Origin: a bacterium
GTDB taxonomy: Bacteria > UBA8248 > JACPRG01 > G963555815
NCBI GenBank assembly: GCA_963555815.3
Contig: CAUVWX020000001.1
Location: forward strand, 1,152,001-1,216,000
DNA length: 64,000 bases
Reading direction: 5' to 3'
Of the stretch, positions 31,680 to 41,678 are shown piece after piece. The first letter of the stretch is position 1; every line of letters begins with the position of its first letter. The notes under the pieces are model-generated. The model saw only the letters and a list, made by a program, of their open reading frames with translations, was not told where the DNA came from and made no database searches. A program made the position numbers and the translations under genes.

Positions 31680-32878
31680 TTAATATCGCCGGGATCAATC
31701 TTAACTTGATTACCCAAGCGGCTATCCCCATCGCCGTCTTTGTTGGTGTGATCCTTCTGGCTTTCTTGGCCCGCCGGCTCCTCTTCGTCTTCTTGCGAAG
31801 GTTGGCCCGGCGAACCGAGACCCCCCTAGACAACATCCTGGTCGACTCAATAAAAGGGGCTTCTGTTCTCTGGTGTTTCATCTTTGGGATCTATTTCGCT
31901 CTTGCCTCGGCAGAGGTGCCGCCCACTCTGGCCAAAAACGCGGGGCTTGTGCTGAGCTCCCTCATTATCATGTCGGTCACCTTGGCCGCGGCGAACACCC
32001 TTGTCCAGTTCATGATTCACTATGTGACCCGCACGAAGATCGACATCCCCATTACAGGCCTCTCGAGCACCATCATCCGGATAGTGGTCCTGGGGACCGG
32101 CACCGTTGTCCTCCTGGGGAACCTGGGGGTTTCCATCACGCCGCTCGTAACGGCCATGGGGGTCGGGGGTCTTGCAGCAGCCCTGGCCTTCAGGAGCACC
32201 CTCGCCAATCTTTTCTCGGGTGTTCATCTCCTCATCGAGAAGCCCATCAGGGTGGGGGACTATATCAAGCTGGGCTCTGGGGAGGAGGGCTACGTCATCG
32301 ATATCGGATGGCGGACGACTCGCATTCGCATGTTGCCGAACAACGTGATCATTCTACCGAACGAAAAACTGGCCGAAAGTATCATCACGAATTACAATCT
32401 CCCCGAACGGGCCATGTCCCTCCTCATCCGGATCGGGGTGAGCTACGATTCTGACCCGGACCACATAGAGCGGATCCTCATCGAAGAGACGAAGGCCGCA
32501 GCGGGAGAAGTCCCCGGCCTGCTCGAGGACCCTCCCCCCTTCGTCCGGTTCATCCCGGGTTTTGGGGATTTCTCACTGGACTTCACCCTCATCTGCCGGG
32601 TGGCTGAGTTCGTGGACCAGTATCTGGTGCAGCACGAGTTGAGGAAGCGTATCTTCCGTCGGTTCAAAGCCGAGGGGATCACGATCCCATTCCCCATCCG
32701 GACCATCGAACTGAAGGGGGAGGGCGCCCCCTTGCTCGAGGAAGTGGCGGCCCGCGCGATATCCAAGGGCCCCCAAAAATCCGAAAAGAGGGGCCGTAAA
32801 GCGAAAACAGGCGTGGGTCAAGAGTCGCTGGAGTCCGCCATCGAAGGCGCTGCCGCAGACGACGTGCAGACGACGTAA
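31676..32878 (+). CDS. MscS-family mechanosensitive channel
   Basis: Multiple TM helices, GVGGLAAALA, IRVGDYI, IG.RTTRI...PN, VSYDSD, IPFP. ATGA overlap with the TPS/TPP gene. Confidence 0.9.
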   Translation: MINIAGINLNLITQAAIPIAVFVGVILLAFLARRLLFVFLRRLARRTETPLDNILVDSIKGASVLWCFIFGIYFALASAEVPPTLAKNAGLVLSSLIIMSVTLAAANTLVQFMIHYVTRTKIDIPITGLSSTIIRIVVLGTGTVVLLGNLGVSITPLVTAMGVGGLAAALAFRSTLANLFSGVHLLIEKPIRVGDYIKLGSGEEGYVIDIGWRTTRIRMLPNNVIILPNEKLAESIITNYNLPERAMSLLIRIGVSYDSDPDHIERILIEETKAAAGEVPGLLEDPPPFVRFIPGFGDFSLDFTLICRVAEFVDQYLVQHELRKRIFRRFKAEGITIPFPIRTIELKGEGAPLLEEVAARAISKGPQKSEKRGRKAKTGVGQESLESAIEGAAADDVQTT

Positions 32879-32961
32879 TGGGCGCTGATTGAGACACGCC
32901 CTCACCCGAATCTCCACCTTTATCAGCCCCTCCGGACCCACTCTCCTTATTTCCTTTGTCC

Positions 32962-32990
32962 TTGACAGGGCCAGGGGCCCGTTGTAATAA
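32962..32990 (+). promoter_or_regulatory. possible sigma70 promoter of frd/sdh
   Basis: TTGACA, 17 nt spacer, TAATAA. Confidence 0.45.
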
Positions 32991-33088
32991 GGACCTGCCA
33001 CGCGCACTTCATTGTAGAAAAAAATTTGTAAAAAAGTAGATGCCTGCCTGCGAGGATCCCGCATGATTGCGCCGTTTTTCTGGTGGAA

Positions 33089-34828
33089 ATGAACAATACC
33101 CTCACGCATGACGTGCTCATCGTTGGAGGAGGCGGGGCGGGTGTGCGGGCGGCCATCGCCGCCGCAGAGGCTTCCGGCCAGGTCTCCATCGGGGTCCTTT
33201 CGAAGGTGTATCCCATGCGGAGCCACACGGTGGCGGCCGAGGGTGGGACTGCCGCGGTCCTGCGAGAGGGTGACCACCTTGACCTCCACGCCAAGGACAC
33301 CATCTTCGGGAGCGACTTCCTGGCAGACCAGGATGCCGTAGAGGCCTTTGTGAGGGAGGCCCCCCAGGAGGTGATCCAGCTTGAGCACTGGGGTTGCCCG
33401 TGGAGCCGCGACCCGGATGGCCGGGTTAGTGCGCGGCCCTTCGGCGGGATGAGTCTGAATCGCACCGTCTTCGCCGCCGACAAGACGGGTTTCCATATGC
33501 TCCACACCCTTTTCCAGACCTCCCTCAAATATGAGCAGATCGTCTACTACGATGAGTGGTTTGTGAGCTCACTCCTGGTGGAGGAGGGAAAGGCCTGCGG
33601 TGTCGCGGCCATCAACCTCCAGGATGGACAGGTACGTCCCATCTCGGCGAAGGCGATCATTGTCTGCACCGGCGGCGCGGGCCGCGTCTTCCCCTTCACC
33701 ACGAACGGGTGGATCAAGACAGGCGACGGCATGGCGATGGCCTACCGCGCGGGCGTTGCCCTGAAGGACATGGAGTTCGTTCAGTACCACCCCACGGGGC
33801 TTCCGGATACCGGCATCCTCATCACAGAGGCGTCGCGGGGCGAGGGGGGGGTGCTGAAGAATAAGGATGGCTATCGTTATCTGCAAGACTACGGGCTCGG
33901 GCCCGCTTCAGACACTATCGTGAGAAAGAAGATGGAGCTCGGTCCGCGGGATATCCTGTCTCGGGCCCACATGAAGGAGCACGAAGCGGGAAGGACCTTC
34001 GAAGGTCCCTACGGCCACTATGTCCATCTGGACCTGACACACCTTGGCGAGGAGCTGATCGACAAGAAATTGCCTTTCGTCCGAGAACTGGCACGAAACT
34101 ATGCAGGGATCGACCCGGTCTACGAGCCCATCCCGGTTCGCCCGGTCGTGCACTACATGATGGGCGGGATCGACACCGACGCCATGGGCAGGACCTCCCT
34201 TGAGGGGCTCTACGCAGCTGGAGAGGTGGCCTGTGTTTCCATCAACGGCGCGAACCGGCTTGGCTCCAACTCCCTGACGGAGTGCCTGGTCTTTGGGGCC
34301 CGGGTCGGCCGGGAGGCGACTGAATACGCCCTGGGGAGGGACGCTCCAGCGTCAAAGCCCCTGGCCCAGCTGGCCCGAGATGAAGAGAGGCGCATTGAGG
34401 ATCGATTCCTCAAGAAGGTCGAAGGCAAGGAGCGCATCTCCACGATCCGGGAGGAGATGCATCAGACGATGGAGAAAGGGGCGGGCATCTTCCGCGATGG
34501 GAAGGAACTCCGGGAGACCTGCGAGGTCCTGAGGACGCTTCGCGAGCGATTTGGGGACATCGCCCTTACGCACCAGGACCGGGTCTTCAACACAGAGCTC
34601 ACGGCCGCCCTGGAGCTGGATTTCATGCTGGACGTCGCAGAGACCGTCGCCCATTCGGGGCTTCAGCGTCAGGAGTCCCGTGGCTCCCACACGCGGACTG
34701 ACTTCCCCAAACGCGACGACGACAATTTCCTGAAACACTCCCTGGCTCACCATACCCCCCAGGGTCCCAGCATTACGTACTCCCCGGTGACGATCACCCG
34801 CTGGCCCCCGGAGGAGCGCAAGTACTGA
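33089..34828 (+). CDS. frdA: fumarate reductase / succinate dehydrogenase flavoprotein
   Basis: [51 protein letters not shown]. Confidence 0.9.
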   Translation: MNNTLTHDVLIVGGGGAGVRAAIAAAEASGQVSIGVLSKVYPMRSHTVAAEGGTAAVLREGDHLDLHAKDTIFGSDFLADQDAVEAFVREAPQEVIQLEHWGCPWSRDPDGRVSARPFGGMSLNRTVFAADKTGFHMLHTLFQTSLKYEQIVYYDEWFVSSLLVEEGKACGVAAINLQDGQVRPISAKAIIVCTGGAGRVFPFTTNGWIKTGDGMAMAYRAGVALKDMEFVQYHPTGLPDTGILITEASRGEGGVLKNKDGYRYLQDYGLGPASDTIVRKKMELGPRDILSRAHMKEHEAGRTFEGPYGHYVHLDLTHLGEELIDKKLPFVRELARNYAGIDPVYEPIPVRPVVHYMMGGIDTDAMGRTSLEGLYAAGEVACVSINGANRLGSNSLTECLVFGARVGREATEYALGRDAPASKPLAQLARDEERRIEDRFLKKVEGKERISTIREEMHQTMEKGAGIFRDGKELRETCEVLRTLRERFGDIALTHQDRVFNTELTAALELDFMLDVAETVAHSGLQRQESRGSHTRTDFPKRDDDNFLKHSLAHHTPQGPSITYSPVTITRWPPEERKY

Positions 34829-34842
34829 GAGAAGGAGAGAAG

Positions 34843-35589
34843 ATGCCGGAGCCCACGATCACTCTCAAGGTCACCCGCTACCGCCCGGGACAGGAAAAGG
34901 CCCCGAGCGATCAGCTTTACTCGGTCCCGTATCATGAGGATTGGGTTGTCCTGGATGCCTTGAACTACATCAAGGACAAGATTGACGGGAGTCTTTCCTT
35001 TCGGTGGTCATGTCATATGGGGGTGTGCGGCAGCTGTGGCATGATGGTCAATGGTGTCCCGAAGTTGACCTGCGCCGTCTTCCTGCGCGATTACTACCCC
35101 AAGACCATCCGGGTGGAACCCCTGGAGAATTTTCCCATCATCCGAGATCTGGTCATCGATATGAGCGACTTCATGGAGAAGCTTCGCCGCATCAAGCCCT
35201 GGATCATCCGGGAGACGGAGAAGCCCCTCGCGGAAGGAGAATATCTGCAGACGCCGGAAGAGCATGAGACCTACTTGCCCTTTAGTATGTGTATCAACTG
35301 CATGCTTTGCTATTCAGCGTGTCCCGTTTACGGGCTGAACCCGACATTCCTGGGTCCCGCCGCTATTGCCCTGGCGCACCGCTACAACCTTGACTCTCGG
35401 GACGAGGGACAGAAGATGCGCCAGCCCGTCATCGCAAGCCATGAGGGGATCTGGGAGTGCACCTTCGTCGGGGAGTGCTCCGAGGTCTGCCCCAAACTGG
35501 TCGATCCGGCTGCCGCCATCCAGCGCTCTAAGGTCAGTACCACCCAGGATTGGTTCAAGTCCATGCTCCTGCCGTGGAAGACGAAGTAA
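34843..35589 (+). CDS. frdB: fumarate reductase / succinate dehydrogenase Fe-S subunit
   Basis: [35 protein letters not shown]. Confidence 0.9.
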   Translation: MPEPTITLKVTRYRPGQEKAPSDQLYSVPYHEDWVVLDALNYIKDKIDGSLSFRWSCHMGVCGSCGMMVNGVPKLTCAVFLRDYYPKTIRVEPLENFPIIRDLVIDMSDFMEKLRRIKPWIIRETEKPLAEGEYLQTPEEHETYLPFSMCINCMLCYSACPVYGLNPTFLGPAAIALAHRYNLDSRDEGQKMRQPVIASHEGIWECTFVGECSEVCPKLVDPAAAIQRSKVSTTQDWFKSMLLPWKTK

Positions 35590-35993
35590 TGGCCCCTCAT
35601 CCTGACAAGCCCCAGGTCTATCATCCCAAGATGGCACCCACCTGGTGGCTGAAGAACCCCAGGTATTTCCTCTTTATGATGCGCGAGCTGACGAGCGTCT
35701 TCATCGCCATCTTCCTCGTGGTTTTTCTCATCCAGATCTTCAAGCTCTCCCAAGGCCCCGAGGCCTATGCCAGCTTCCTGGAGAAGCTTCGGTCCCCTGG
35801 GTGGATCGCCTTCCACGTGGTGGCCTTGCTCTTTGCCCTCTACCACAGTTTCACCTGGTTCGACTTGACCTCCAAGGTCCAAATCGTCCAGCTGGGGAAA
35901 CGCCGGATGCCGCCAAGGCTCGTCACCGCCGCCAGCATCGGGGTCTGGGTGATCCTCTCCCTAGCCGTTCTTCTTTTGTTCTTCCTCCTTTGA
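35589..35993 (+). CDS. frdC: fumarate reductase membrane anchor C
   Basis: Y.PKM..TWW......FMMRE.TSV, 3 TM helices, H..TWF. Confidence 0.85.
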   Translation: MAPHPDKPQVYHPKMAPTWWLKNPRYFLFMMRELTSVFIAIFLVVFLIQIFKLSQGPEAYASFLEKLRSPGWIAFHVVALLFALYHSFTWFDLTSKVQIVQLGKRRMPPRLVTAASIGVWVILSLAVLLLFFLL

Positions 35994-36002
35994 GGCTGAG
36001 CC

Positions 36003-36359
36003 ATGTCTGAGAGAAAGACCGCTGAGCCCCTTTGGTGGGCCCTTTTTTCTGCGGGAGGGGTGGTGGCGGCCTTCCTGGTGCCCATCCACCTTTTTCTCCA
36101 TAGCCTCGCCGCTCCTCTCGGTTGGATCCCCGACAGGTTGATCAGTTACGACCGGATGGTGGCACTCTTCGGCCATCCCCTCGTGAAGGTCTACCTCTTT
36201 TTCGTGATTGCCCTGCCCCTCTACCACTGGGCCCACCGATTTCGCTTCATTCTTTTCGACCTGGGGCTGAAAGGCCTGCGAAAGCCTGTCGCCGTCCTGT
36301 GCTACGGCGGCGCCATCCTTGGCACGGCAGGGGCGTTGTGGGTCCTGTTGCAAGTCTGA
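36003..36359 (+). CDS. frdD: fumarate reductase membrane anchor D
   Basis: EPLWWALFSAGG..AA...P, LPLYH.AHR, CYG. Confidence 0.87.
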   Translation: MSERKTAEPLWWALFSAGGVVAAFLVPIHLFLHSLAAPLGWIPDRLISYDRMVALFGHPLVKVYLFFVIALPLYHWAHRFRFILFDLGLKGLRKPVAVLCYGGAILGTAGALWVLLQV

Positions 36360-36431
36360 GACGGCGGAAGATCCCCCCTTCCTTCCTCAAGCCTCGGCCC
36401 ATGTTCAGCCGAAGACCTTAGAGAGGGCAAT

Positions 36432-37604
36432 GTGAAGATCCACGAATATCAAGCCAAGATGATCCTGAAGGAGTTCGGTATCCCCGTTCCCAAGGGGGGG
36501 GTGGCGGAGACCCCAGAGAAGGCCCGCTCCATCGCCAAGGAGCTCGGCGGCCCTGTGGTGGTCAAGGCCCAGATCCATGCGGGGGGAAGGGGAAAAGGAG
36601 GAGGGGTGAAGGTGGTGAAAGGGCCTGCGGAGGCCGAAAAAGTCGCCCGCGCCCTTCTTGGCAGTCAACTGGTCACGCCCCAGACGAGGCCTGAGGGTCA
36701 ACGGGTGAAGCAAGTGCTCATTGAGGAGGCCGTGGAGACCGACAGGGAGCTTTATCTCGGGATTGTCCTCGACCGGGCCCAAGCCGCCCCCGTGGTGATG
36801 GCGAGCCGGGCAGGGGGGATGGAGATCGAAGAGGTGGCGGCCACCTCGCCCGACCAGATCCTGACCGAGGTGGTGAACCCCGCCCTTGGACTGATGGCCT
36901 ACCAGGGGAGAAGGCTTGCCTTTGGCCTGGATCTGGAGAAAGAACTCGCTCAGGGCGTCGCCGGTGTGGCTCAAAATTTCTGCCGACTTTTTACGGCCAG
37001 GGATTGCACGCTGGCCGAGATCAATCCCCTCGTCCTGGTGCGGGGGGGTCAGGTCTTGGCCCTGGATGCGAAGCTCGACTTTGACGACAACGCCCTCTTC
37101 CGCCACGAGGAGGTCCGCGCCCTTCGGGATCTCGACGAGGAGGCCCCCCTTGAGGTCGAGGCCTCCAAGCACAATCTCAACTACATCAAGCTCGAGGGCG
37201 ACGTGGGCTGCATGGTGAACGGGGCAGGGCTTGCCATGGCCACCATGGACCTCATTCAGCTCGCCGGGGCCGCGCCGGCCAACTTTCTGGATGTGGGCGG
37301 GGGGGCCACGGAGGAGATGGTGGAACACGCCTTTCGGATCCTGGTCTCGGACGAGGATGTCCGAGCCATCTTCATCAACATCTTCGGTGGGATCATGCAA
37401 ACGGACCGCCTGGCCCGGGGGCTCGTTCGAGGAATCCAGACGACGGGCCTCAATCTCCCCATCGTAGTCCGGATGGTGGGGACGAACGAGAAGGAGGGGT
37501 GGCGGATCCTCAAGGAGTCGGGGCTGAACTTCATTCAGGCCGCCGACATGAAAGACGCCGCCCAGAAGATAAGTGGCCTTCGCCAATCCGGGGAGATGCG
37601 ATGA
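36432..37604 (+). CDS. sucC: succinyl-CoA synthetase beta subunit
   Basis: [52 protein letters not shown]. Confidence 0.96.
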   Translation: MKIHEYQAKMILKEFGIPVPKGGVAETPEKARSIAKELGGPVVVKAQIHAGGRGKGGGVKVVKGPAEAEKVARALLGSQLVTPQTRPEGQRVKQVLIEEAVETDRELYLGIVLDRAQAAPVVMASRAGGMEIEEVAATSPDQILTEVVNPALGLMAYQGRRLAFGLDLEKELAQGVAGVAQNFCRLFTARDCTLAEINPLVLVRGGQVLALDAKLDFDDNALFRHEEVRALRDLDEEAPLEVEASKHNLNYIKLEGDVGCMVNGAGLAMATMDLIQLAGAAPANFLDVGGGATEEMVEHAFRILVSDEDVRAIFINIFGGIMQTDRLARGLVRGIQTTGLNLPIVVRMVGTNEKEGWRILKESGLNFIQAADMKDAAQKISGLRQSGEMR

Positions 37605-38491
37605 GTGTCTTGGTCAACCGGGACACCCGGCTTGTCGTTCAGGGGATGGGCCGCCACGGGAGCTTTCACGCCGCCCGCTGCCAGGAATACGGCAAGGCTC
37701 AGGGGATTGAGCGACAGGTGGTGGCCGGCGTCACACCAGGGAAGGGGGGGACCCAAGTGGACGGGATTCCCCTCTTTAACACGGTGGCCCAGGCTGTCCG
37801 GGAGACAGGGGCCAACGCCTCGCTCATCTTTGTCCCCGGCCCCTTTGCGGCCGATGCCATCCTGGAGGCCGTCGATGCGGGTCTTCCCCTCGCCGTCTGT
37901 ATCACCGAGGGGATCCCCGCTTTGGATATGCTTTCCGTCCACCGCGCCCTTACTGGCAGCGCCACCCGTCTCATCGGCCCCAACTGTCCCGGGGTCATCT
38001 CTCCGGGCCAGTGCAAGGTGGGGATCATGCCCGGCCATATCCACCGAGAAGGGGAGGTTGGGGTGGTGTCCAGGAGCGGCACCCTGACCTACGAGGTGGT
38101 GGCCCAGCTGACAGCCCTTGAGATCGGCCAGTCCACCTGCATGGGGATCGGAGGAGACCCCATCATCGGGACGAGCTTTGTAGACGCCTTAAAACTCTTT
38201 GCCCAGGACTCGCAAACAACGGCCGTCTGTCTCATCGGTGAGATTGGAGGAGGGGCCGAGGAGGAGGCGGCTGAGTTCATTCGAGGGGGTGGATTTAAAA
38301 AGCCGGTCGTTGCATTTATCGCCGGTCAGACGGCCCCACCGGGACGACGCATGGGACACGCGGGGGCCATCATCTCTGGGGGAAAAGGGACGGCGGCGGC
38401 GAAGGTGGCGGCCCTGGAGGTGGCGGGGGTGACCCTCTGCCGAAGCCCAGCCGATATGGGAGAGACGATGGCGAAGATTCTCGGCCGCTGA
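37601..38491 (+). CDS. sucD: succinyl-CoA synthetase alpha subunit
   Basis: [34 protein letters not shown]. Confidence 0.96.
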   Translation: MSVLVNRDTRLVVQGMGRHGSFHAARCQEYGKAQGIERQVVAGVTPGKGGTQVDGIPLFNTVAQAVRETGANASLIFVPGPFAADAILEAVDAGLPLAVCITEGIPALDMLSVHRALTGSATRLIGPNCPGVISPGQCKVGIMPGHIHREGEVGVVSRSGTLTYEVVAQLTALEIGQSTCMGIGGDPIIGTSFVDALKLFAQDSQTTAVCLIGEIGGGAEEEAAEFIRGGGFKKPVVAFIAGQTAPPGRRMGHAGAIISGGKGTAAAKVAALEVAGVTLCRSPADMGETMAKILGR

Positions 38492-38550
38492 TCACAGACC
38501 GTGAGGACATAAAAACCCCGGTTTCCTTCCCGCCAGACGCAATCCTTTCA

Positions 38551-38579
38551 TTGACTTAGGGTCGGCCCCATGATAATCT
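38551..38579 (+). promoter_or_regulatory. possible sigma70 promoter of lysA operon
   Basis: TTGACT, 17 nt spacer, TAATCT with TGn extension. Confidence 0.45.
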
Positions 38580-38616
38580 TTCTATCGCGTTCGTAGGTTC
38601 TTCCGAGGACATCCAG

Positions 38617-39885
38617 GTGGAAGATTTCGAATACCGGGACGGCGAGCTCTTTTGCGAAGAGGTTCCTCTTCGAGAGATCGCTGAGGGGGTCGGGACGCCC
38701 TGCTACGTTTACAGTAGCTCCTCTCTGACCCGTCAGTTCCGGGCCTTCAACGAGGCCTTTCGAGAGCTTCCCCACCTCATTTGCTTTGCTATGAAAGCCA
38801 ACGAAAACCTCGCCGTCCTCAAACTCTTCGCCAACCTGGGGGGCGGGGTTGACATCGTCTCGGGGGGCGAGCTTTTCCGGGCCCTCCAGGCGGGGATCCC
38901 GCCGGAGCGCATCGTCTTCGCGGGGGTAGGGAAATCCACCGAAGAGATCATCATGGCCCTCAAGCAGGGCATCCTGATGTTCAATGTAGAGTCGCCTGAG
39001 GAACTGGATGAGATCAATCACGTCGCAAAGAGTTTTGGCCGAAAGGCGCCCGTGGCCCTTCGGGTGAACCCCGACGTGGACCCGAAGACCCACCCCTATA
39101 TCTCCACGGGTCTGAGGAAGAGTAAATTCGGTATGGACATTTCCCTCGCCCTGGAGGAATACCGACGGGCGGCGGGGATGGAGTTTGTGGAAGTCCTGGG
39201 GGTCCATTCTCACATCGGCTCCCAGATCACCTCTGTCGGCCCCTTCGCAGACGCTGTCGATAAGGTATTGGCGCTGGTGGGGCGATTGCACGAGGTCGGA
39301 GTCTCCATCCGTTATCTCAATCTGGGGGGTGGCCTTGGGATCGCTTATCAGAGCGAGACCCTCCCTGGACCCGCTGAGCTCGCCGAGACCCTTGTGCCCC
39401 GCCTTCGCCAGATGAATCTCACGCTCCTCTTAGAGCCGGGGCGCCATCTGGTCGGCAACGCAGGGATCCTGTTGAGCAAGGTGCTTTACCGAAAGGAGAC
39501 CCCCGTCAAGCGATTCATCGTGGCCGACGCCGCCATGAACGACCTGCTGCGCCCGAGCCTTTACGAGGCCTATCATGAGGTGCGTCCCTTGTCCGCTATG
39601 AGCCCTCAGCCCGCTCTTCAGAGGGCGGACCTGGTGGGCCCCATCTGCGAGAGCGGCGATTTTCTGGCCCTGGACCGAGACCTGCCCGACCTGAAGCCGG
39701 GGGACCTGTTCGCGATGATGAGCGCTGGGGCCTACGGTTTCTCCATGTCCTCCAACTACAACGCCCGTCCCCGTGTACCAGAGGTCTTGGTAAAGGGTGG
39801 AAAACATTTTGTCGTCCGGAAGCGAGAGACCTATCACGACCTCATCCGGGGAGAGGAGATCCCCCCCTTCTTGGCGAACGGATAG
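38617..39885 (+). CDS. lysA: diaminopimelate decarboxylase
   Basis: AMKAN, SKFG, HIGSQI, EPGR, GPICESGD, GAYG.SM.SNYN. Confidence 0.96.
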   Translation: MEDFEYRDGELFCEEVPLREIAEGVGTPCYVYSSSSLTRQFRAFNEAFRELPHLICFAMKANENLAVLKLFANLGGGVDIVSGGELFRALQAGIPPERIVFAGVGKSTEEIIMALKQGILMFNVESPEELDEINHVAKSFGRKAPVALRVNPDVDPKTHPYISTGLRKSKFGMDISLALEEYRRAAGMEFVEVLGVHSHIGSQITSVGPFADAVDKVLALVGRLHEVGVSIRYLNLGGGLGIAYQSETLPGPAELAETLVPRLRQMNLTLLLEPGRHLVGNAGILLSKVLYRKETPVKRFIVADAAMNDLLRPSLYEAYHEVRPLSAMSPQPALQRADLVGPICESGDFLALDRDLPDLKPGDLFAMMSAGAYGFSMSSNYNARPRVPEVLVKGGKHFVVRKRETYHDLIRGEEIPPFLANG

Positions 39886-39899
39886 GGGGAGGACCGGGT

Positions 39900-40751
39900 A
39901 TGAAGCAGACCCTAAAGAATCGAACAGGGAAGGCCATCGCCTTTCATAAGATGCAGGGGGGTGGCAACGACTTCATCCTGATCGACAACCGGTCCGCCGG
40001 TCTGGATCCCGGGAATATTCGAGAATTTGTGAGAAAGGTCTGTCGAAGGGGTCTCTCGGCGGGCGCAGACGGTCTCATCCTCCTGGAGGAGAGCGAGCAG
40101 GCCAATTTCCGCTGGCATTACTTCAACGCCGACGGGGGCCGGGCCGAGATGTGCGGGAACGGCAGCCGCTGTGCCGCCCGTCTGGCCCATCTCCTGGGGA
40201 TGGCCCCTGACCGACTCACCTTTGAGAGTGATGTGGGGATCATCGCGGCCGAAGTGAAGGGCCCCCGGGTGAAGGTCAGGCTGGTGGATCCTTCGACTGT
40301 CGAGAGCGGGATCGAGATCGGTCTCAACGGGGTCTCGCACCGCTTCTACACGATAAACACCGGTGTCCCCCATGTGGTCGAGTTTGTTGAAGACTTAGAC
40401 GCTATGGATGTCGTGGGGGTGGGCGGGCCCGTCCGATATCATGAGCGGTTTGCCCCCGAGGGGACGAATGTCAACTTCGTCCGCCTGCTGGACCCAGGAA
40501 CCCTTGCGGTTCGGACCTACGAGCGGGGGGTGGAGGAGGAAACCCTGGCCTGCGGGACGGGCTCTGTCGCCGCGGCCCTGGTGGCGGCGGAGATCGGTAA
40601 GGCCAAGTCCCCCGTTGACGTCCGAGCTCGAAGCGGGGAGATTCTCCAGGTCTCCTTCTCACGGCGTGGAGACCGGTTCGAGGAGATCGACTTGGACGGG
40701 GAGACTGCGCTCGTCTACGAGGGGGTATTGCTCGAAGAGGCCTGGTGCTAG
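39900..40751 (+). CDS. dapF: diaminopimelate epimerase
   Basis: KMQG.GNDF, EMCGNG.RC, GVPH, ERGV.ETLACGTG. Confidence 0.95.
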   Translation: MKQTLKNRTGKAIAFHKMQGGGNDFILIDNRSAGLDPGNIREFVRKVCRRGLSAGADGLILLEESEQANFRWHYFNADGGRAEMCGNGSRCAARLAHLLGMAPDRLTFESDVGIIAAEVKGPRVKVRLVDPSTVESGIEIGLNGVSHRFYTINTGVPHVVEFVEDLDAMDVVGVGGPVRYHERFAPEGTNVNFVRLLDPGTLAVRTYERGVEEETLACGTGSVAAALVAAEIGKAKSPVDVRARSGEILQVSFSRRGDRFEEIDLDGETALVYEGVLLEEAWC

Positions 40752-40768
40752 GGAAAAGGGGGAGGCCC

Positions 40769-41644
40769 ATGTTCAAAGGTTCGATGGTTGCCCTTGTCAC
40801 GCCTTTTCGAAATGGAGATGTGGACGAGGGTGCCCTTCGTGACCTCATCGAGTTTCAGATTGCCAGTGGGACCCACGCCATCGTCTCCTGCGGGACGACG
40901 GGAGAGTCCCCCGCTCTCTCCCAAGCAGAGTACGAGCGAGTGATTGAGCTGACCTTGGAGGTGGTAGCGGGACGGGTTCCCGTTATTGCCGGCACCGGTT
41001 CCAACTCGACGGCCGAGGCCGTCCGCAAGACCTCCCACGCCAAGAAGGTGGGTGTCGACGCAGCCCTGGTCATCGTCCCTTACTACAATAAGCCTACACA
41101 GGATGGCCTCTATCAGCATTTTCAGGCCGTGGCGGAGGCGGTGGACATCCCCATTCTCCTTTACAATGTCCCGGGACGCACCGCGACGAACCTCCTGCCG
41201 GAAACGGTCGCCCGCCTGGCCGAGATTTCCAATATCGTGGGGATCAAAGAGGCGGCGGGTTCCTTCCAACAGGCGAGCGACGTCATTGGCCTTTGCCCCC
41301 CGAAATTTTGTGTCATCTCAGGAGATGACTTTCTTGCTTTTCCCTTGTTGGCGGTAGGCGGAAAGGGGGTAATCTCCGTGACGGCGAATGTGGCTCCCGT
41401 TGACGTGGCTGAGCTTTACAACGCCATCGATGAGGGCGACTGGGCTCGGGCCCGGGGGCTTCACTATAAGCTGCGGCCCCTGAACCACGCCATGTTCTTT
41501 GAGAGCAACCCCATTCCCGTGAAGACGGCCCTTGGGCTCATGGGAAAATGCACAGGGGAGATGCGCCTCCCTCTTTCGCCGATGACGGAGCCCAATCGGC
41601 AGCGGCTCAATCAGGTCATACGAGAATATGGTCTTTTGAACTAA
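40769..41644 (+). CDS. dapA: 4-hydroxy-tetrahydrodipicolinate synthase
   Basis: GTTGES, PYYNKP, YNVPGRT, GIKEA, NPIPVK. Confidence 0.96.
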   Translation: MFKGSMVALVTPFRNGDVDEGALRDLIEFQIASGTHAIVSCGTTGESPALSQAEYERVIELTLEVVAGRVPVIAGTGSNSTAEAVRKTSHAKKVGVDAALVIVPYYNKPTQDGLYQHFQAVAEAVDIPILLYNVPGRTATNLLPETVARLAEISNIVGIKEAAGSFQQASDVIGLCPPKFCVISGDDFLAFPLLAVGGKGVISVTANVAPVDVAELYNAIDEGDWARARGLHYKLRPLNHAMFFESNPIPVKTALGLMGKCTGEMRLPLSPMTEPNRQRLNQVIREYGLLN

Positions 41645-41678
41645 AAGGTCCTTCTATTCTCTTTTCTTTGAGGTTGGG

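Noticed and set aside
36405..37586. Long antisense ORFs (also 27165-28181, 32573-33505, 41883-43253, 46595-47872)
   Set aside because: These are shadow frames opposite well-supported genes, expected in GC-rich DNA.
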